From NCBI GenBank assembly GCA_030447745.1, contig JAUJOH010000005.1, positions 84,337 to 148,336 of the forward strand: a stretch of DNA of 64,000 bases, in the 5' to 3' direction. The notes beneath the pieces are model-generated. The model saw only the letters and a list, made by a program, of their open reading frames with translations. It ran no database searches and was not told the DNA's origin. The translations under genes were made by a program, and so were the position numbers. This DNA comes from Chloroflexota bacterium. GTDB lineage: Bacteria; Chloroflexota; Limnocylindria; Limnocylindrales; CSP1-4. This document shows, piece by piece, positions 53,181 through 62,675 of this stretch; the stretch's first letter is position 1; each line of letters opens with the position of its first letter.

Positions 53181-54639
53181 ATGCCCTCGACGGGCGACCC
53201 GTATCGCACCCTTGGTCTGCCGCCCGGAGCGCCGCTCGGCGAGATCAAGCGAGCCTACCGGCGACTGGCCAAGGAGAACCACCCGGACACCGCCGGCGAG
53301 GCGGCGATCCCCCGCTTCCTCGCGATCCGCGCCGCCTACGACGAGCTGACCGGAGGGCCGAACGTTCGCCGGCGATCCGCCCCGCCGCAGCGCCAGCCGT
53401 GGGAGGCGGATCCAGACCGCGCTCGCGCGACACGCGGCGCGTGGCGGAGCCGGGCCGGCCGGTCACCGGGCAGCGGCCACGGCGCCGGCACGGGCACGGA
53501 GCCGGGCGGAGCGGACGCTCGTGCGGGCGGCGGTGCCCCACGTCGTCCAGGGTCAGAGGGCCATGCTGGCAATGGGCCGCGGTCGACGGCGGCCGAGCCC
53601 GGTGCGCCGCGTGCGGGCGAGGCCGGCCCGGGCGCTCCCGGCGGCGGGCCGGGTGCCTCCAGAGCCGGTAGCCGAGCAGGATCGGCGCGGCACGGGTCCC
53701 GCCGCGGTCCCGATCGGCCGCCCGACCGCGCGACACCCGGTTCCACCAGCTACGACTTCGCGGAGCACGAGCCGTTCGATCCCGAGTGGACCGGGGCGTC
53801 GTGGTACGGGCAGTCGAGCGGCACGTACTGGACGATCAATCCGAGGGAGTACGCCGACCCGCGCAAGCACGGTCCGGAGTACCAGGCACGCGCGCGACGC
53901 GGCGCTCCCGGTGCGCATACGGACGGCATGGTCGACGTAGAGTGGGAGACCGTCACGCCCGATCCGGGGCCGTCGGTCGGCGAGACGACCGCCGGCACGG
54001 CTACTGGAGCGGCGCGGGCAGAGCCTGCACCGCCGGCCGCCGACGCCGGTCGCGCGTCGCGCCCGGGAGCCCGGGGCACCCCGTCGAGTGACGACCGTGT
54101 GGACCCGGGCGCGTCGACCGGGACGGCGGCCGCCGACATCGGCGCCCCGTGGGTCCGGTCGCCACGGTTCGGAGCTCGGCATCCGTCGCCCCCGCCCGCG
54201 CCAGCGGCGACGGCCGCGGGCGGGGAGGACGATCCGCTGGCGGTCCTGCCGCTCCCCGCCCCGGCTGCGCAGCCGGTTCGCTCGCGCACTCCTCGGCTGG
54301 CCGCCGATCGGTCTCGGCCTCGCGCTGGTCATCGGCGAGCTGACTGGCTGCGGCCGCTTCTCCGCTACCTGCGTCGAGACGTTTGCGCTCGGGACGTGGG
54401 TCGCACAGGTCTTCGTCCTCGGGCTGCTCGTGGCGGTGCCGGCCCTGGCGGCGATCGCGGCCGTTGGCAGCCTGAGCTTCCTTGCCGCTGCGGTCCCGGC
54501 AGCCGTCCTCCTGAGCGCGGTGGGTGGATCCCGCGACCCCGCCGCGGCAGGCAGCGCGCTGGCCGTCGTGCTGGCGGTCGCGTGGGCGGGCGGGGTGGCG
54601 TTGGCGGTCGCGCGTCGGTCGCGTACAGTCACGACGTGA
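53181..54639 (+). pseudogene. J-domain (DnaJ-like) protein with a C-terminal multi-TM domain; frameshift near 54285
   Basis: J domain DPYRTLGLPPGAPLGEIKRAYRRLAKENHPD. Conserved WYGQSSGTYWTINPREYADPRKHGPEY. The TM domain (LLGWPPIGLGLALVIGELTGCG...) is in the +1 frame. Confidence 0.7.
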
Positions 54640-55410
54640 GGCGAACCGACTCGACCACGCTGTCATCGGCGGCGCAGGAATACCTGCTCGCACTCCGCGT
54701 CATGGCCGGCGACGGATCGCGCGTCACCGCGGCGCAGGTGGGCCGGCACCTCGGGGTCAGCACGCAGGCCGCGAGCGAGATGTTCCGCCGCCTCGCCGCC
54801 GACGGCCTGGTCAGCCAGCCGGACCGTCGGGAGCTCGTCCTGACGCCCGCCGGTCGCGCCGCCGCGGACGGGATCTTCCGGCGCCACGCACTGTGCGAAT
54901 GGCTCCTCAGCGCGGTGGTGGGGCTGGGCTGGGCCGAGTCGGACGAGTGAGGCGGCCCGGCTCCAGGGCGCCATCTCGCCAAGGGTCGAGGCACGACTCG
55001 ACGAGATGCTGGGGCATCCCGAGACGTGCCCGCACGGCAACCCGATCGACGCCGAGGTCGCCCGGCGTCGCCCCGCCGGCGTACCGCTCAGCTCGCTCGA
55101 GGCCGGGCAGGCGGCGACGATCCTGCGGATCACGGAAGAGGCGGAGGAGGACAAGGGACTCCTGTCGTACCTCGAGGCGCGCGGCCTCCGGCCGGGCACG
55201 TCGATCACGATCCTCGCCAGATCGGAATCCCTCGACTCGCTCACGCTGGACGGGCCGCTCGGCCGGGCAACCCTCGGCCTGCGACCCGCCTCTCTCGTGC
55301 GCGTCATCACGGGCGACGTCGACCGCGGCCTGTTCCATCGCGTCCCGGAACGCGTCGGCGCCGGACTCTCCGAGCCGAGGTCGACGAGGGCCTACACGCC
55401 GGAACGGTGA
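54636..55410 (+). pseudogene. DtxR/IdeR/MntR-family metal-dependent regulator with an FeoA/SH3-like C-terminal domain; one inserted base creates a stop at 54948-54950
   Basis: AQEYLLAL, VSTQAASEMFRRLAADGLV, RRHALCEWLL..LGWAESDE | EAARLQGAISPRVEARLDEMLGHPETCPHGNPI. Removing the T in gacgag-t-gaggcg restores the frame. Confidence 0.8.
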
Positions 55411-55413
55411 GCA

Positions 55414-55463
55414 CCGGCCCGGCCGGGAGCCAACCCGGCCCGGCCGGGAGCCAACCCGGCCCG
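55414..55463. repeat. 21-bp tandem repeat (2.4 copies) between the dtxR-family gene and gltX
   Basis: ccggcccggccgggagccaac occurs twice, plus ccggcccg. Each unit contains the palindrome cccggccggg. Confidence 0.85.
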
Positions 55464-55477
55464 TAGAATTCGCCTCC

Positions 55478-57001
55478 ATGCCCGACGTCCGCGTCCGCTT
55501 CGCGCCCAGCCCGACCGGTCCGCTGCACATCGGCGGGGTCAGGACGGCGCTCTTCAACTACCTGTACGCGCGCCGGCATGGCGGCCGGTTCATCCTCCGG
55601 ATCGAGGACACGGACGTCGCGCGGTCCATGCCGGAGCACGAGCAGGACATCCTGAGCGGCCTCGCCTGGACCGGCATGACCTGGGACGAGGGCCCGGAGC
55701 CGGGCGGCGGCGACCGTGGTCCGTTCGGCCCGTACCGGCAGATGCAGCGGCGCGATCGCTACCGCGCGGCGGCCGACCGGCTGCTCGCCGCCGATGCCGC
55801 GTATCCCTGCTTCTGCACGCCGGAGGAGCTGGACGCCGAGCGGCGGCGCCAGGAGGCGGCCCGCCAGGCGCCGCGCTACAGCGGGCGCTGCGCGCGGCTG
55901 ACCCCCGCCGACCGTCTGGCGTTCGAGCGCGAGGGGCGGCCGGCCGCCGTCCGCTTCCGGGTCGCCGAGCGAGTGGTCGCGTTCGACGATCTGGTCCGCG
56001 GACACGTGGAGATCGACGCTGCGAACCTCGGCGGTGACTTCGTCATCCTGCGCGCGGACGGTACGCCGCTCTACCACTTCACGGTCGTCGTGGACGACGC
56101 CGACATGGCGATCAGCGACGTCATCCGGGGCGAGGAGCACCTGTCGAACACGCCGAAGCACATCCTGCTGTTCGAGGCGCTCGGCCACCACGTCCCTCGC
56201 TTCGCCCACCTGCCGCTGATCCTCAACGCCGATCGGACGAAGATGAGCAAGCGCAGGAGCCAGACGGCGCTCTCGGCGTACATGTCCGAGGGGTTCGTCC
56301 GCGAGGCGATGGTGAACTACCTCGCGCTGCTCGGCTGGTCGACGGGGACCGAGGAGGAGATCCTGTCGCTCGACGAGCTGGCGAGCCGGTTCGACCTCGA
56401 CCACGTCCAGAAGGGCGGTGCGGTCTTCGACCGTGAGCGGCTCGAGTGGGTGAACGGCCAGTGGATCCGGCGGCTGCCGGTGGACGAGTTCGTGGAGCGG
56501 TTGCGGCCCTTCCTCGTCCGCGATCGCGAGCAAGGGCGGATCGACCGCCTCCCGACGGACGACGAGCTCCGTTCGCTCGCGCCGGTCATCCAGGAGCGGT
56601 TGCCGCGCCTCGGCGCGGTCGGCGACCTGATCGGGTTCCTCTTCGTCGATCGTGTCGCGGCCGATCCCGCCCAGCTGGTCCCGAAGCGGTGGGACGCCGC
56701 CACGACGCTCGAGGCGCTGTGCGGCGTCCGCGAGGCGGTCGCCCGGCACGACGAGGTGACCTGGGAGGCCGATGAGCTCGAGCCGCCGCTGCGCGAGCTG
56801 GTCGCCGCCCGCGGCTGGAAGGCCGGCGACCTGTTCATGGCGATCCGCGTCGCCGTCACCGGTCAGACCTCGGCGCCGCCGCTGTTCGACACGCTCGTCG
56901 CGCTCGGTCGCGCGCGGACGCTGGCGCGGCTCGACGCGGCGATCGTGGCGCTGGCCGACCGCCGGGAAGGCGAGGCCGTCGAGCCGGTGGGGCACGGCTG
57001 A
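55478..57001 (+). CDS. gltX: Glutamate--tRNA ligase
   Basis: 507 aa. Contains the HIGH motif (PLHIGG) and KMSKR. Confidence 0.95.
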   Translation: MPDVRVRFAPSPTGPLHIGGVRTALFNYLYARRHGGRFILRIEDTDVARSMPEHEQDILSGLAWTGMTWDEGPEPGGGDRGPFGPYRQMQRRDRYRAAADRLLAADAAYPCFCTPEELDAERRRQEAARQAPRYSGRCARLTPADRLAFEREGRPAAVRFRVAERVVAFDDLVRGHVEIDAANLGGDFVILRADGTPLYHFTVVVDDADMAISDVIRGEEHLSNTPKHILLFEALGHHVPRFAHLPLILNADRTKMSKRRSQTALSAYMSEGFVREAMVNYLALLGWSTGTEEEILSLDELASRFDLDHVQKGGAVFDRERLEWVNGQWIRRLPVDEFVERLRPFLVRDREQGRIDRLPTDDELRSLAPVIQERLPRLGAVGDLIGFLFVDRVAADPAQLVPKRWDAATTLEALCGVREAVARHDEVTWEADELEPPLRELVAARGWKAGDLFMAIRVAVTGQTSAPPLFDTLVALGRARTLARLDAAIVALADRREGEAVEPVGHG

Positions 57002-57072
57002 CCCATACCTGTCCGAGAGCGTCAGGTTCGGCCGGGACCGTTCGGGACGTTCACCCGGAGTGGAGGAGACCG

Positions 57073-57480
57073 ATGGATCACGCGGACGTGCAGCACTGGC
57101 TCGACCGATACGTCGAGGCGTGGACGACGTATGACCCGACCGCGATCGGCGAGCTCTTCAGCGACGACGCCGAGTACCGCTACCACCCGGCGGACGAGCC
57201 GGTCGTCGGGCGGGAGGCGATCGTGCGCGCGTGGCTGGAGCCGGAGGGTGACGCATCGACGCGCGACGAGCCCGGCACGTACGACGCGCACTACGAGCCG
57301 TACGCCGTCGAGGGGACGCGGGCCGTCGCGGTCGGCTGGAGCCACTACTACACTGACGGCTCCAGGACCGAGGTCGCGCGCATCTACGACAACTGCTATC
57401 TCCTCGAGTTCAACGGCGACGGCCGGTGCGGATCCTTCACCGAGTTCTACCGGAAGCGCCCTTCGGCCGACGACGCCTGA
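57073..57480 (+). CDS. NTF2/SnoaL-like fold protein
   Basis: 135 aa. Starts WLDRYVEAWTTYDPTAIGELFSDDAEY. ggaggag lies upstream. Confidence 0.7.
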   Translation: MDHADVQHWLDRYVEAWTTYDPTAIGELFSDDAEYRYHPADEPVVGREAIVRAWLEPEGDASTRDEPGTYDAHYEPYAVEGTRAVAVGWSHYYTDGSRTEVARIYDNCYLLEFNGDGRCGSFTEFYRKRPSADDA

Positions 57481-57553
57481 CCGTGCCTCCGGGCGCACCG
57501 AGCGCCGACCGTGGCCGGGTGTTGGCAGCGCGTCGCCGGACGAGCCGGAAATG

Positions 57554-57565
57554 TCCCGTTAACGG
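57554..57565. promoter_or_regulatory. Perfect 12-bp palindrome cccgttaacggg, 22 nt upstream of the response-regulator start
   Basis: An AT-centred palindrome in a very GC-rich background. Candidate operator; no experimental support. Confidence 0.25.
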
Positions 57566-57586
57566 GCGCGGCTATCCTCGCGGGAG

Positions 57587-58279
57587 ATGGCACGCACGAT
57601 CCTCGTCGTCGACGACGAGTCGACCCTGCGCGAGACCCTGGTCGACGCGCTGGAGGTCGAGGGGTTCCGAGTGGTGGCCGCAGCCAACGGCCGCGAGGCG
57701 CTCCTCCAGTTCCGGGCGGAGCGACCCGATCTCGTCCTGCTCGACCTGATGCTCCCGGAGCTCTCCGGGATCGAGGTGTGCCGGATCATCCGCGCCGAGT
57801 CCGGCGTCCCAATCGTGATGCTTACGGCCAAGGACAGCGAGCTGGACAAGGTGGTCGGGCTCGAGCTCGGTGCGGACGACTACGTCACGAAGCCGTTCTC
57901 GGTGCGCGAGCTGTCGGCCCGCATCCGGGCCCTGTTTCGGCGCAGCGAGCAGCAGGCCGCCGAGTCGCCATCGCCGATCGTCGATCTCGGGGGGGTCCAG
58001 GCGGACCTTGCGGGCCATCGCCTCCTCCGCGACGGTCAGACGGTGCCGATGAAGCCCAAGGCGTTCGAGCTGCTCGCATTTCTCCTGCGTCACCCGGGCC
58101 AGGTCTTCACGCGAGACCAGCTGCTGGAGCACGTCTGGGGCTACGACTACGCCGGCGAGACGCGAACGGTCGACGTCCACATCCACTGGCTGCGCAGCCA
58201 GATCGAGCCGGATCCGTCGACCCCGCAGCTGATCCACACCGTTCGCGGCGTCGGCTACGTGTTCCGCCGGCCCACGTGA
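57587..58279 (+). CDS. OmpR-family response regulator (RegX3/PhoP/MtrA-like)
   Basis: Receiver domain (ILVVDDE, LVLLDLMLPE, LTAKD). wHTH domain (LTRDQLLEHVWGYD..RTVDVHIHWLRSQIE..TVRGVGY). Confidence 0.9.
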   Translation: MARTILVVDDESTLRETLVDALEVEGFRVVAAANGREALLQFRAERPDLVLLDLMLPELSGIEVCRIIRAESGVPIVMLTAKDSELDKVVGLELGADDYVTKPFSVRELSARIRALFRRSEQQAAESPSPIVDLGGVQADLAGHRLLRDGQTVPMKPKAFELLAFLLRHPGQVFTRDQLLEHVWGYDYAGETRTVDVHIHWLRSQIEPDPSTPQLIHTVRGVGYVFRRPT

Positions 58280-58572
58280 GCGGATCGCCGCGGGACCGGG
58301 GCCGCAGGTTTCGTGTCGTTTGCCATCCACTTTGGCGGACGGGCGGTACCGGCGAGGTCCGGCGGCCACGGCGGCGCGCCGCCACGCTCGCCGGCGGTCG
58401 AACGCGCGGCGGTGTGGCCCGTGCGGTGGCCGAAAACCATCGCTGTGCCACCCCGGTGGCGGCTGGTCGGAAGCCCGTGCGGCGCACCGTGGGTGTCGCC
58501 GTCCCGGGGCGGGCCACCGCGATCGGGCCCGGATCGACGGGCGCGGCGACTTAACGGTCCATTAGCGAGGCG

Positions 58573-59130
58573 TTGACGGATGTGCCCCACGCTCCGGACA
58601 TGCCGTTCGTCGGTCGTGTGCGCGACGTCCCACTGTCGGTCCACGCGATGGACGATGGCGCTCCCTCCTCAGGGCCACCCGGCGTGCTCCTCCATCCGGG
58701 TGGCCCGACATCACGCCTCGCGACGCCGGCGACGACCGATCCGGCGAGCTCGACGCCCGGTGCGCCCGGCACCGCTGGCTCAGCCACGGTCGTGCCGCCG
58801 GCTCGGGCGGCACTCTCGCCCGACGAGGCGCTGACCCTCGACGCCCTCCTGCTGACGCGACTCGTCGAGCGCCCCGTCGGCCGGCCGCCGCGCTGGACCG
58901 CACCGGCCTTCGTTCGCGAGGTCGACCTGGTCCGGTCACATCTGCGGCCGATCCGCAGCCCCGCGTTGCTGGCGGCGTCGTTCGGTCGGGAAGCCTTCCA
59001 CGGGCGGGCGATGCCCGGCACTCCGCGGGCGCTGGCCGGCAGCGCCGTCCGGGTCGCCTATGCGCTGCGCTGGCTGGAGTTGAGCGACGGCGCCCCGCGA
59101 CCGACGTGGCGGGAGTTGATCGCGACCTGA
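58573..59130 (+). CDS. Hypothetical protein
   Basis: 185-aa ORF with mostly G/C third positions. No family recognised. The N-terminal third is Pro/Ala/Thr-rich and may not be coding. Confidence 0.35.
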   Translation: MTDVPHAPDMPFVGRVRDVPLSVHAMDDGAPSSGPPGVLLHPGGPTSRLATPATTDPASSTPGAPGTAGSATVVPPARAALSPDEALTLDALLLTRLVERPVGRPPRWTAPAFVREVDLVRSHLRPIRSPALLAASFGREAFHGRAMPGTPRALAGSAVRVAYALRWLELSDGAPRPTWRELIAT

Positions 59131-59172
59131 CCTTCGCTCGCTGGCGGCGCTGGCGCGGCTATTCTCTCCGCC

Positions 59173-60885
59173 ATGCGCTTGAGCCGGCTCTTCTTCACCA
59201 GCCTGCGCGACGATCCCTCCGATGCCGAGATGCCATCGCACCGGCTCCTCGTCCGGGCCGGCTACGTGCGTCAGCTCGGCAGCGGGATCTACTCGCTCCT
59301 GCCGCTCGGCTTCCGGGCGACGAGGCGCGTGGAGCAGGTCATCCGCGAGGAGATCGACGGCATCGGCGGCCAGGAGATGGAGATGCCCGTCGTCCACCCG
59401 GCCGAGCTGTGGCGGGAGAGCGGGCGCTACCAGAAGATCGGCCCGGAGCTGGTGCGGTTCCACGACCGCGGCGGGCGCGACATGGTGCTCGCGATGACCC
59501 ACGAGGAAGTCGTCGCCGACCTCACCCGCGACCTGATCCGGAGCTACCGCCAGCTGCCCGTCATCGTCTACCACTTCCAGACCAAGTTCCGGGACGAGCC
59601 GCGGGCTCGGGGCGGCCTCATCCGCGTCCGCGAGTTCGTGATGAAGGACAGCTATTCCATCGACGTCGACGAGGCCGGGCTGGACCGCAGCTACCGGCTG
59701 CACTACGAGGCCTACGAGCGGATCTTCCGACGCCTTGGCCTGGAGACCGTCGCCGTCGGCGCCGACGTCGGGATCATGGGCGGCAGCCTCGCGCACGAGT
59801 TCATGGTCCTGAACGAGTACGGCGAGGACACGCTCGTGCTGTGCGAGACCGGCGACTACGCGGCGAACCAGCAGATCGCGCAGGTCCGGAAGCCCGAGCC
59901 GCCGGCGGAGGCGGTGCTGCCGATCGAGGAGGTCGCGACCCCGGGCACCGACACGATCGCGGCGCTCGCGGGGTTCCTCGGCGTCGGCACGGACCGGACC
60001 GCGAAGGCCGCCTTCTTCACGACCGCGAACGGCCGGCTCGTCACCGCGATCGTCCGCGGCGACTTCGAGGTCAACGAGACGAAGCTCGTCAACGCCGTCA
60101 AGGCGGTCGGCGGGATCCGCCCGGCGCACCGCGAGGAGATCAAGGCCGCGGGCATGGAACCCGGCTACGGATCGCCGGTCGGGGCGCGCGACACGGTGGT
60201 CGTCGTCGACGACCTGGTGGCACGTTCGCCGAACCTCGTGGCCGGCGCGAACCGTGCGGGCTTCCACCTCCGGAACGTCAACGTCGGCCGCGACTTCCAG
60301 CCCGACGTCCTTGCCGACATCACGAACGCCCGCGCCGGCGACCCGTGCCCGAGGTGCGGAGCGGCGGTCGAGCTTCGCAACGGCATCGAGGTCGGCAACA
60401 TCTTCAAGCTGGGTCGTGACTTCACGACGGCGCTCGGTGCAACCTTGCTCGCCGAGGACGGCAGCCGCGTCCACCCGATCATGGGGTCCTACGGGATCGG
60501 TCTCGGTCGCAACCTCGCCTGCATCGTCGAGGCGCACCACGACGAGAAGGGGATCGTGTGGCCGGCCGAGGTGGCGCCGTATGCCGCCCATCTCGTGGAG
60601 CTCGGTGGCGACCGCGATCCGTCGGTCCGCGAGACCGCTGAGCGGCTCCACGACGCGGCGGCCGAGGCGGGGCGCGAGATCCTGTGGGACGACCGGCCGG
60701 AGTCGCCCGGCGTCAAGTTCACCGACGCGGAGCTGCTCGGGATGCCCTGGATCCTGACCGTGAGCCCGCGCTCGCTCAAGGCCGGCGGCGTCGAGGTCCG
60801 GGAACGGGCCGGTGGCGAGTCGCGGATCGTCCCGGTCGAGGAGGCCGAGGGGCTGCTCACCGGACGCCAGGCTGTCCCGGCCTGA
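59173..60885 (+). CDS. proS: Proline--tRNA ligase (bacterial type with editing insertion)
   Basis: 570 aa. Blocks MRLSRLFF.SLRDDP..AE..SH.LL.RAGY, FRDE.R.R.GL.R.REF.M.D.YS, GCYGIG-like SYGIGLGR. Confidence 0.95.
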   Translation: MRLSRLFFTSLRDDPSDAEMPSHRLLVRAGYVRQLGSGIYSLLPLGFRATRRVEQVIREEIDGIGGQEMEMPVVHPAELWRESGRYQKIGPELVRFHDRGGRDMVLAMTHEEVVADLTRDLIRSYRQLPVIVYHFQTKFRDEPRARGGLIRVREFVMKDSYSIDVDEAGLDRSYRLHYEAYERIFRRLGLETVAVGADVGIMGGSLAHEFMVLNEYGEDTLVLCETGDYAANQQIAQVRKPEPPAEAVLPIEEVATPGTDTIAALAGFLGVGTDRTAKAAFFTTANGRLVTAIVRGDFEVNETKLVNAVKAVGGIRPAHREEIKAAGMEPGYGSPVGARDTVVVVDDLVARSPNLVAGANRAGFHLRNVNVGRDFQPDVLADITNARAGDPCPRCGAAVELRNGIEVGNIFKLGRDFTTALGATLLAEDGSRVHPIMGSYGIGLGRNLACIVEAHHDEKGIVWPAEVAPYAAHLVELGGDRDPSVRETAERLHDAAAEAGREILWDDRPESPGVKFTDAELLGMPWILTVSPRSLKAGGVEVRERAGGESRIVPVEEAEGLLTGRQAVPA

Positions 60886-60950
60886 CCCGCACGCGACGCA
60901 GGGATCGCTCGTGTCGCCTCGCCGGACCCTTCCGGCTCACGGCCGGCGCG

Positions 60951-61235
60951 CTAGGAGTCGATCGGCGTCTCGTCCGGCGTCTCGAGCCGTCGCCGCCGGT
61001 CGCGCGCTCGCGCCTCGCGCATCGCGCGCCGACGAGCCCGCGAGGCCTCGATCCGCTCGAGGCGGGTGAGCAGCGCGGCAAGTGGCACGAGCGGACAGTC
61101 CTCGAGCTGGATCGCGTCGAGCTGGCGGCGATGGATCCAGCGGAGGATTCGTCCCGGACGGCAGCCGGTGATCGCGGCCACCTCGGTGACCGAGTAGAAC
61201 ACCTTGCGGTTGAACCCCGGTGTCTCGTCGAGCAC
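60951..61235 (-). CDS. Small helix-turn-helix (excisionase/MerR-like HTH_17) DNA-binding protein
   Basis: 94 aa. YSVTEVAAITGCRPGRILRWIHRRQLDAIQ followed by an Arg-rich tail. Confidence 0.6.
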   Translation of the reverse strand: MLDETPGFNRKVFYSVTEVAAITGCRPGRILRWIHRRQLDAIQLEDCPLVPLAALLTRLERIEASRARRRAMREARARDRRRRLETPDETPIDS

Positions 61236-61414
61236 GGTCGCGACATGATGCCAGCCGCGCCGGCCCGCGCGTGCGGCTCACCGGCCGGGAACGGGCCGTC
61301 CCCGGCTCCTTGCCCGCCCGGGCCGCGGGGTCGGCCTCTTCGCCGGATCCTGCCGGTGGCCCACACTGACGACATGCGCGCCCCGCCAGCCCGCGCCTCC
61401 TCCTCGGCCGCCCG

Positions 61415-62659
61415 ATGGAGCTGATCATCCTGGGCGTGGCGCTCGCGTGTCTGGTGATCGGCGCCGAGTTCGGCCGGCGCCGGGCGGCCGTGGACGTCGA
61501 CCGCCTCCGCCGGATCGGCAACGTCGACGCGCCGGCGGCCGGCCCGGAAGAGGTCGTGCGTCGCGTCGTCGAGCGCGCGGAGGCGGCCGAGCGGTCCGTG
61601 GAGCTGCGGGCGCGTGACCTGGTCTACCTCGCCGACCTGACCGGCGTCGGGATCCTTCTCGTGGACGAGGACGGGCGGGTCGCGCTCGCGAACACCGCGG
61701 CGCACGTGTTCCTCGACCGTGCGCCCGGCGGGCTCGTCGGGCGGACGCCGATCGAGGCGTTCGTCGACCGACGAGTCGAGGAGATCGTGGCCGAGGCGCG
61801 CGCCGGCGGTGCTGCCTCCGGCGAGATCGCGCTCAACGACACGGACGGGCCGGTGCTCGTGCTTCGCGCGCGCCGATCGCCGGTCCGTGGCGTGTGGCTC
61901 GTCCTGGAGGACGTCACGGAGCTGCGCCGCCTCCAGCAGATCCGTGCCGAGTTCATCGACAACCTGAGCCACGAGCTCCGGACGCCGCTGTCGACCGTCA
62001 GCCTCCTTGCCGAGACGCTCGCCCGCGAGGCAGACGCGGGCGGAAGCGCGGTACCGCCCCGCATGCGCGACCGGATCGCCAAGATCGAGGTCGAGACCGG
62101 CCACCTCGTCCAGATGGTCAACGAGCTCCTCGACCTCAGCCGGATCGAGAGCGGCGCGGCCGTCGTGCACCTCGACGAGGTCGACCTCGGGGGGCTCGCG
62201 AGGGCATCCGCGGACCGCCTCCGGCTGTTCGCCGAGCGGCAGGGAGTGCCGCTGCGCGTCGACGTGGCGCCGGGGCTTCCGCCCGTGCGCGGCGACGACG
62301 CGCGCCTCGGCCAGGTGCTCGTCAATCTGCTCCACAATGCCGTCAAGTTCAGCCCCAACGGCGGCGAGGTCGTCGTCCGCGTCCGCGCCGAGGGCGACGA
62401 GGTCATCGCGTCCGTCCAGGATCACGGCCTCGGCGTTCCGCGCTCCGCGATCGGCCGGATCTTCGAGCGCTTCTACAAGGTGGACCGGGCGCGCGTGCGC
62501 GGCGGTGGGACGGGGCTCGGGCTGGCGATCGCGCGCCACGTCGTGGAGCAGCACGGCGGCCGGATCTGGGTGGAGTCGGAGGCGGGGAGGGGCTCCACAT
62601 TCTCGTTCGCGGTGCCGGTCCACGATGCCGGGGGCGCCTCGGAGCATGCCGCAGGCTGA
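61415..62659 (+). CDS. Sensor histidine kinase (TM, PAS, HisKA and HATPase domains; SenX3/PhoR-like)
   Basis: 414 aa. H-box FIDNLSHELRTPL, N-box LLHNAVKFSP, G1 DHGLGV, G2 GTGLGLAI. Confidence 0.9.
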   Translation: MELIILGVALACLVIGAEFGRRRAAVDVDRLRRIGNVDAPAAGPEEVVRRVVERAEAAERSVELRARDLVYLADLTGVGILLVDEDGRVALANTAAHVFLDRAPGGLVGRTPIEAFVDRRVEEIVAEARAGGAASGEIALNDTDGPVLVLRARRSPVRGVWLVLEDVTELRRLQQIRAEFIDNLSHELRTPLSTVSLLAETLAREADAGGSAVPPRMRDRIAKIEVETGHLVQMVNELLDLSRIESGAAVVHLDEVDLGGLARASADRLRLFAERQGVPLRVDVAPGLPPVRGDDARLGQVLVNLLHNAVKFSPNGGEVVVRVRAEGDEVIASVQDHGLGVPRSAIGRIFERFYKVDRARVRGGGTGLGLAIARHVVEQHGGRIWVESEAGRGSTFSFAVPVHDAGGASEHAAG

Positions 62660-62675
62660 CGCCCGGAACGTGCCG

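Noticed and set aside
58290-58330. tmRNA (ssrA) 5' end: ggggccgcaggtttcgtgtcg resembles the GGGGnnGnnnGGTTTCGAC start of tmRNA
   Set aside because: No tRNA-like 3' end (T-arm GGTTCGAnTCC plus a CCA-proximal acceptor) within the next 300-420 nt on either strand. No tag-like reading frame ending in ..LAA-stop. No smpB nearby.
60951-61235. Excisionase-like HTH gene marking an integrative element
   Set aside because: No integrase, tRNA attachment site, direct att-like repeats or other mobile genes within several kb. Small HTH_17 proteins also occur as stand-alone regulators.
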